A DNA stretch of 64,000 nt from Syntrophomonadaceae bacterium (lineage in GTDB: Bacteria; Bacillota; Dethiobacteria; DTU022): contig SKOR01000044.1 in assembly GCA_007119965.1 (NCBI GenBank), positions 8,270 to 72,269 on the forward strand, given 5' to 3'. The notes beneath the pieces were generated by a model. It searched no databases and was not told the origin of the DNA. It worked only from the letters and a program-made list of their open reading frames with translations. Position 1 is the stretch's first letter. Each line of letters opens with the position of its first letter. A program made the translations under genes and the position numbers. Of this stretch, positions 59,977-64,000 are shown piece by piece.

Positions 59977-60390
59977 TCAGCCAGCCTTCGCCGGTTGGCG
60001 GTTCAGATATGTGATCGAAAGCTGTAAGGCTGAAGCAAATATAACCCAGGCCAGGTAAGGGATGTTGATGTAGGTTACCCAGCTTAAGTGAGGCCAGACA
60101 GCTAGCAGCGCCCAGATCAGGGTGATCAGGACCAGGAGAATATCAACTGAGGCCAGCAGGTTGTTTTTAAGCCCGAACTGAAAATATGTAAAAGAAAAAT
60201 TAAAAATAAGGTTGAAGGCGAACGGGATTGCCACCACCCGGGAGAGCGCTGCCGTGGCGGTCTCGTAAAATACAGCGCCAAACGAAATAAAAATGATCAC
60301 GTACAGCACCGACCAGACAGGGCCGAAGAGCGAAGCCGGCGGGGACCACTTTGGTTTTTTTAGCTGTAAATACCAGTTGTAACTATCCAT
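59977..60390 (-). CDS. tspO: TspO/MBR tryptophan-rich sensory protein
   Basis: It has five TM helices and an N-terminus 'NWYLQLKKPKWSPPASLFGPVWSVLY'. Confidence 0.8.
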   Translation of the reverse strand: MDSYNWYLQLKKPKWSPPASLFGPVWSVLYVIIFISFGAVFYETATAALSRVVAIPFAFNLIFNFSFTYFQFGLKNNLLASVDILLVLITLIWALLAVWPHLSWVTYINIPYLAWVIFASALQLSITYLNRQPAKAG

Positions 60391-60426
60391 GCAAGCATTA
60401 TCTCACTTATGTATAGATAAATACAA

Positions 60427-61008
60427 TTACCGAAAGCATGGCGGGTTTGCCAGGCTTTTAATCATCAGGTAGTCGGTCTCCTGCTCTTTAACTTTTTCAA
60501 AGCCAAGCCGCTTATAAAGGTTGACTGCCCTGTTCTTTTTATTGACACTCAGCGAGAGTTTTTTAAAACCGATGGCATTTAACTCTGTAAACAAGTGCTC
60601 CATCAGTGTTGTGCCAATACCTCTGCCCCGGTAATCGGGCCGAACCGCAAAAACCAGCTCTGGCACAGCCGGGTCTATAAAACCGTAGCCCCCTGATGCA
60701 GCATCTTTAAACTGCCTGGTCCAGGCAGCACCTATCTTGTTACCATCAAGCTCTGCTATAACCCCGCAATCAGTTTCCTTCATCCAGTCATCTGTATACT
60801 TAAGAAGCTCCGGTATATCAATAATCGAGAAAGGAGGTTTATCAGCACCCGGTGGCAGGTGTATTGATTCATAAAGCATTTCTCTTAAAAATTGTTGATC
60901 TTCCGGCCCTGCTTTCCTTATGGTTGCCATATTAAGATCACCAGTCCCTTTGTTGTTAATTACGCCTAGTTTATCATATGTTTCCGGTATAATCCGCACT
61001 CTGTCCAC
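60427..61008 (-). CDS. GNAT-family N-acetyltransferase
   Basis: 'VRPDYRGRGIGTTLMEH' is the R/Q-x-x-G-x-G/A motif. Confidence 0.78.
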   Translation of the reverse strand: MDRVRIIPETYDKLGVINNKGTGDLNMATIRKAGPEDQQFLREMLYESIHLPPGADKPPFSIIDIPELLKYTDDWMKETDCGVIAELDGNKIGAAWTRQFKDAASGGYGFIDPAVPELVFAVRPDYRGRGIGTTLMEHLFTELNAIGFKKLSLSVNKKNRAVNLYKRLGFEKVKEQETDYLMIKSLANPPCFR

Positions 61009-61084
61009 TTAAAGTTCACTTTTGGCCTGATTTGGTGAATATGTAAAATGACTGGTATAATCTATCCAGCGGAGGTCTTGGTTA

Positions 61085-62062
61085 ATGGACAGATATGATG
61101 AACGCGATACAATATTTTCCCGGATGGAACTTGTTCCCGGAAGTGAACGCTACAAAACCTATTATGCAAGACGGCCGGAACTTGAGGAAACGGATGCCGG
61201 GCTGCGGTTCGCTGCCGGTGGAACCTACAGGGCGGGTGTAATTGAGCAGGCCCGGGTTAGCTCTGCTTTCCGTTTTTTGCATGACACCCGTCCCCTGGCC
61301 ACGGGCCGGGGTCAGGCTGCCGGGCTTAAGCCTGATCGTAAGCCCCCACCTGACAAAGAATCTTTTATCTTAACCGGCAGCATGCTCAGGGATATTGCTT
61401 TCGACTATGGTGCAGTTTCTTTCGGGTATTCAGCACTTAAGATGGAATGCTTTTACAATGTCCGGGGCCGGGGATATGAATACGGAAAACCGGTCAGTGA
61501 ACCGCTGCGCAATGCCCTGGTCTATGCTGTAGAAATGAAGCGGGAAAAAGTTGAAAAAGCTCCACGGGTTGACGAAACTTATGAGGTAGCCAGGGGCTAT
61601 ATCCGGGCTATGGTAATTGGCATGGCTCTAAGCTATTTCCTGCGTGAACTGGGCTACCGGGCGCGCTCACACCTGGAGGGGGAAAGCGAACTTGTTCTGC
61701 CCGCCGCAGCCCGCAGTGCAGGGCTTGGTGAAATAGGACGGATGGGCCTGCTTCTAACTGACATTTACGGGCCCCGGGTTCGCCTGGGTGCAGTAACTAC
61801 AGATTACCCGGTTGACGCACTTCCCGGGGAATATATGCCTGTACAGGAAGCAGGCAAGGTGAAACAGTTCTGCTCAAAATGCGGCATATGCGCCAGGCGC
61901 TGCCCCGGCAAGGCGATCCCTGAAGGTGAAGATTTAGCAGAATCAGCCGAAACCGGAAAGCCGCAGTGGACAGTGAACCCGGAATCATGTTATTCGATCT
62001 GGAAAAAATATGGCACGGATTGCGGTATTTGTGTCTCTGTTTGCCCCTACGGCAGCGCTTAG
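61085..62062 (+). CDS. 4Fe-4S double-cluster domain protein, RdhA/QueG-like
   Basis: The C-terminal 'CSKCGICARRCPGKAIP' and 'CYSIWKKYGTDCGICVSVCPYGSA' are two ferredoxin-type Cys motifs. The N-terminal domain is unassigned. Confidence 0.5.
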   Translation: MDRYDERDTIFSRMELVPGSERYKTYYARRPELEETDAGLRFAAGGTYRAGVIEQARVSSAFRFLHDTRPLATGRGQAAGLKPDRKPPPDKESFILTGSMLRDIAFDYGAVSFGYSALKMECFYNVRGRGYEYGKPVSEPLRNALVYAVEMKREKVEKAPRVDETYEVARGYIRAMVIGMALSYFLRELGYRARSHLEGESELVLPAAARSAGLGEIGRMGLLLTDIYGPRVRLGAVTTDYPVDALPGEYMPVQEAGKVKQFCSKCGICARRCPGKAIPEGEDLAESAETGKPQWTVNPESCYSIWKKYGTDCGICVSVCPYGSA

Positions 62063-62118
62063 CAGGCAGCCCGTTCCACTGCTGCCAGTATTGTTTCATC
62101 CAAAAGGAGGGCCGAAAA

Positions 62119-62814
62119 GTGATCTGGCCAGGGCAACCTGCGGAAGTAATAGAACGGATCCAGGGTGTAAAAGGTGAAATACAGCTTCAGCGCCGGGGCA
62201 GTGAATATGAAATAATCTATAACGGCGTATTTCTGATGGCCACTTATAATGGGGCTTCAGAAAAAGAATCTGTCAGGGAAGCGCTGCAGATTGTTTCCAA
62301 CCGGTTCATCGCACCTTTTAATGTCCTGATCGGCGGCCTGGGCGTTGGTTACAGCCTCCGGGAAGCTCTTGCCTGCAGCGGGGTTGGCCGAGTAAAAGTA
62401 GCTGAAATTGAACCCGCCGTTATTAAATGGAACCGCAGCTTCTTAAAGGAAGTTAATAACCATGCTCTCGAAGACTCCAGGACCTTGCTGGCTGTAAATG
62501 ATTTCCGCAGGGTTTTGGAAGAAGACGCTTCCGCGATTAAAGAATCCTTTGAAAAGCAGTACCATGTGATCATGGTTGATACCGATAATGGCAGCAGCTG
62601 GCTTTCCCTGCCTTCCAACAGTTTCTTTTACAGCCCGGAAGGGCTGCAGTTAATAAAAAACTGCCTGCAGTCCTCAGGTGCAGCCTGTTTCTGGTGTTCC
62701 AGGAGAGAAGCAGACTTTGAGGGAAGGCTGCAGGAGATCTTCAAACAGGTTAGCTTCCGTACTGTACTGGAGGAAACAGGCCGGGAAGGCTGCTACTACC
62801 TGGTTGAAAAATAA
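62119..62814 (+). CDS. spermidine-synthase-like (polyamine aminopropyltransferase fold) protein
   Basis: The GTG at 62119 lies behind AAAGGAGGG. 'VLIGGLGVGYSLREA', 'VKVAEIEPAVI' and 'VIMVDTDNG' match the spermidine synthase family pattern. The track start at 61966 would overlap the upstream gene by 97 nt. Confidence 0.6.
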   Translation: MIWPGQPAEVIERIQGVKGEIQLQRRGSEYEIIYNGVFLMATYNGASEKESVREALQIVSNRFIAPFNVLIGGLGVGYSLREALACSGVGRVKVAEIEPAVIKWNRSFLKEVNNHALEDSRTLLAVNDFRRVLEEDASAIKESFEKQYHVIMVDTDNGSSWLSLPSNSFFYSPEGLQLIKNCLQSSGAACFWCSRREADFEGRLQEIFKQVSFRTVLEETGREGCYYLVEK

Positions 62815-62979
62815 ACTGCCTGGGCAATATCCTCAAAGGTGCTATGGTAGTGCATCCTGGAAACGCAGGTATTCTGGTGGGGTTTTATTGCCGTACTGCA
62901 GCGCATGCAAATTTTAATTGAAATTTGTTATAATAAGTAAATAGTCGCGTTTCTTAAAACTGAAAGGGCTGGTGGTTAC

Positions 62980-63957
62980 TTGAATTTAAAAAGCCTGCGC
63001 AACCCGGACCTCTACCACGGCAGATTGGGTAAGAATTTTTTTGAAGGCTGGTATTTTAAATTGGTCGACAGGGATATGGAACACGCCTTTGCTTTTATTC
63101 CCGGAGTTTTTTTCAGCCCGGACCCGGAACACGACCATGCCTTTATCCAAATAGTGGACGGTATAAAAAAAACATATCGCTATGAGCGTTATCCCAGTAA
63201 AAAGTTTTCAGCTTCCCAAGATATATTTTCCGTTGATATTGCCGGCAGCAGCTTCGGCCGAAGCGGCATTTCATTTAATCCGGACGGTAACGCCGGCAAT
63301 ATCAACGGCGAGCTTGAATTCAGCAACCATCTTGCCTGGCCGGACAGCATTTTAAACCCGGGCAGTATGGGCTTTTACAACTACATCTTAAAGATGCAGT
63401 GTTACAGCCAGGTCTGCGCTATGGATTTTGACTTAAACGGCTCCCTGGAAGTTAACGGACAAATAGTTGATTTCAATGGCGGAAAAGGATACATCGAAAA
63501 AAACTGGGGTTCAGCCTTCCCGTACTCCTGGATCTGGATTCAATGCAACCATTTCCAAAAAGAGCGGGTTTCGTTAAGCTGTTCCCTCGGGCATATCCCG
63601 TTCCTCATTTCCAGCTTCAGGGGTTTCTTAGTAGGCCTTTATATCGGTGGCAGCTTTTATGAATTTACCACAATGAACCGCAGTACAGCAGAAGTGATCC
63701 AAAAGGGAACCGACATAACAATGCATTTAAAAAACAGGCACTGCAGCCTGACTATCGATTGTGAAACCAGCAGCGAAGACTTCATTCTCTTAAACGGCCC
63801 GCGCGGTGATCAAATGGTACCCCTGGTCTATGAAAACCTGCAGGGTCTGGTTCACATTACCCTCAAAGAAAACGCAGGCGGCAGGACAATCTTTTCTGAC
63901 AGCGGCCGCTGCGCCGGGGTTGAATACGGCGGAGAGCAAATGATGGTGCTGGGGTAA
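62980..63957 (+). CDS. tocopherol-cyclase-family protein
   Basis: The N-terminal 'HGRLGKNFFEGWYFKL' resembles the conserved VTE1 'FFEGWYF(R/K)' block. The product is 325 aa. Confidence 0.5.
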   Translation: MNLKSLRNPDLYHGRLGKNFFEGWYFKLVDRDMEHAFAFIPGVFFSPDPEHDHAFIQIVDGIKKTYRYERYPSKKFSASQDIFSVDIAGSSFGRSGISFNPDGNAGNINGELEFSNHLAWPDSILNPGSMGFYNYILKMQCYSQVCAMDFDLNGSLEVNGQIVDFNGGKGYIEKNWGSAFPYSWIWIQCNHFQKERVSLSCSLGHIPFLISSFRGFLVGLYIGGSFYEFTTMNRSTAEVIQKGTDITMHLKNRHCSLTIDCETSSEDFILLNGPRGDQMVPLVYENLQGLVHITLKENAGGRTIFSDSGRCAGVEYGGEQMMVLG

Positions 63958-64000
63958 TCAGGCTAATGCCCGGGAGTTTAGCAGGCAGGAAATAGAGAAA

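Noticed and set aside
1-64000. tRNA, rRNA, transposase or integrase genes
   Set aside because: No T-loop/GTTCGAATC-like tRNA signatures or rRNA-like stretches were seen in the larger intergenic regions. No DDE/tyrosine recombinase ORFs were seen.

Overview
This 64 kb window reads as chromosomal DNA from an anaerobic, probably spore-forming, Firmicutes/Clostridia-type bacterium with about 50% GC. I saw no rRNA, tRNA, CRISPR or obvious transposase/integrase genes. ORF-track starts often turned out to be GTG or TTG when re-read, so several coordinates are adjusted.

Gene content, in order:
- a housekeeping block: glmM (partial), glmS, glnS, asnS;
- hydrolases;
- four HD-GYP c-di-GMP phosphodiesterase paralogues within about 11 kb, two of them forming a divergent inverted duplication;
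- an 852-aa secreted, extremely acidic, C-terminally membrane-anchored protein of unknown function;
- a His-rich CopB-type P1B ATPase;
- PBP1A;
- an OmpR/HK two-component system;
- cysE;
- a LacI-controlled AOR (tungsten aldehyde:ferredoxin oxidoreductase)/Fe-ADH/SDR/AtoE cluster with two cre-like operators;
- nifS;
- a CoADR-rhodanese;
- a csoR/copA-copZ-YHS copper locus with two 8-5-8 CsoR-type palindromic operators;
- several small accessory genes.

The most notable feature is a bacterial dimethylamine methyltransferase gene (mtbB, minus strand 55231..56619) with an in-frame UAG at the position where archaeal MtbB proteins carry pyrrolysine. The downstream 112 codons are conserved and continuous, which implies this organism decodes UAG as pyrrolysine. 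A GNAT acetyltransferase (44804..45298) also carries an in-frame TAG. Two housekeeping genes (glnS, DUF45) nevertheless terminate in TAG.

Two further observations: a REP-like palindromic repeat family occurs at two intergenic loci (24722..24934 and 53692..53760), and two genes appear to need non-AUG/GUG/UUG starts (ATC/ATA/ATT behind strong Shine-Dalgarno sites).
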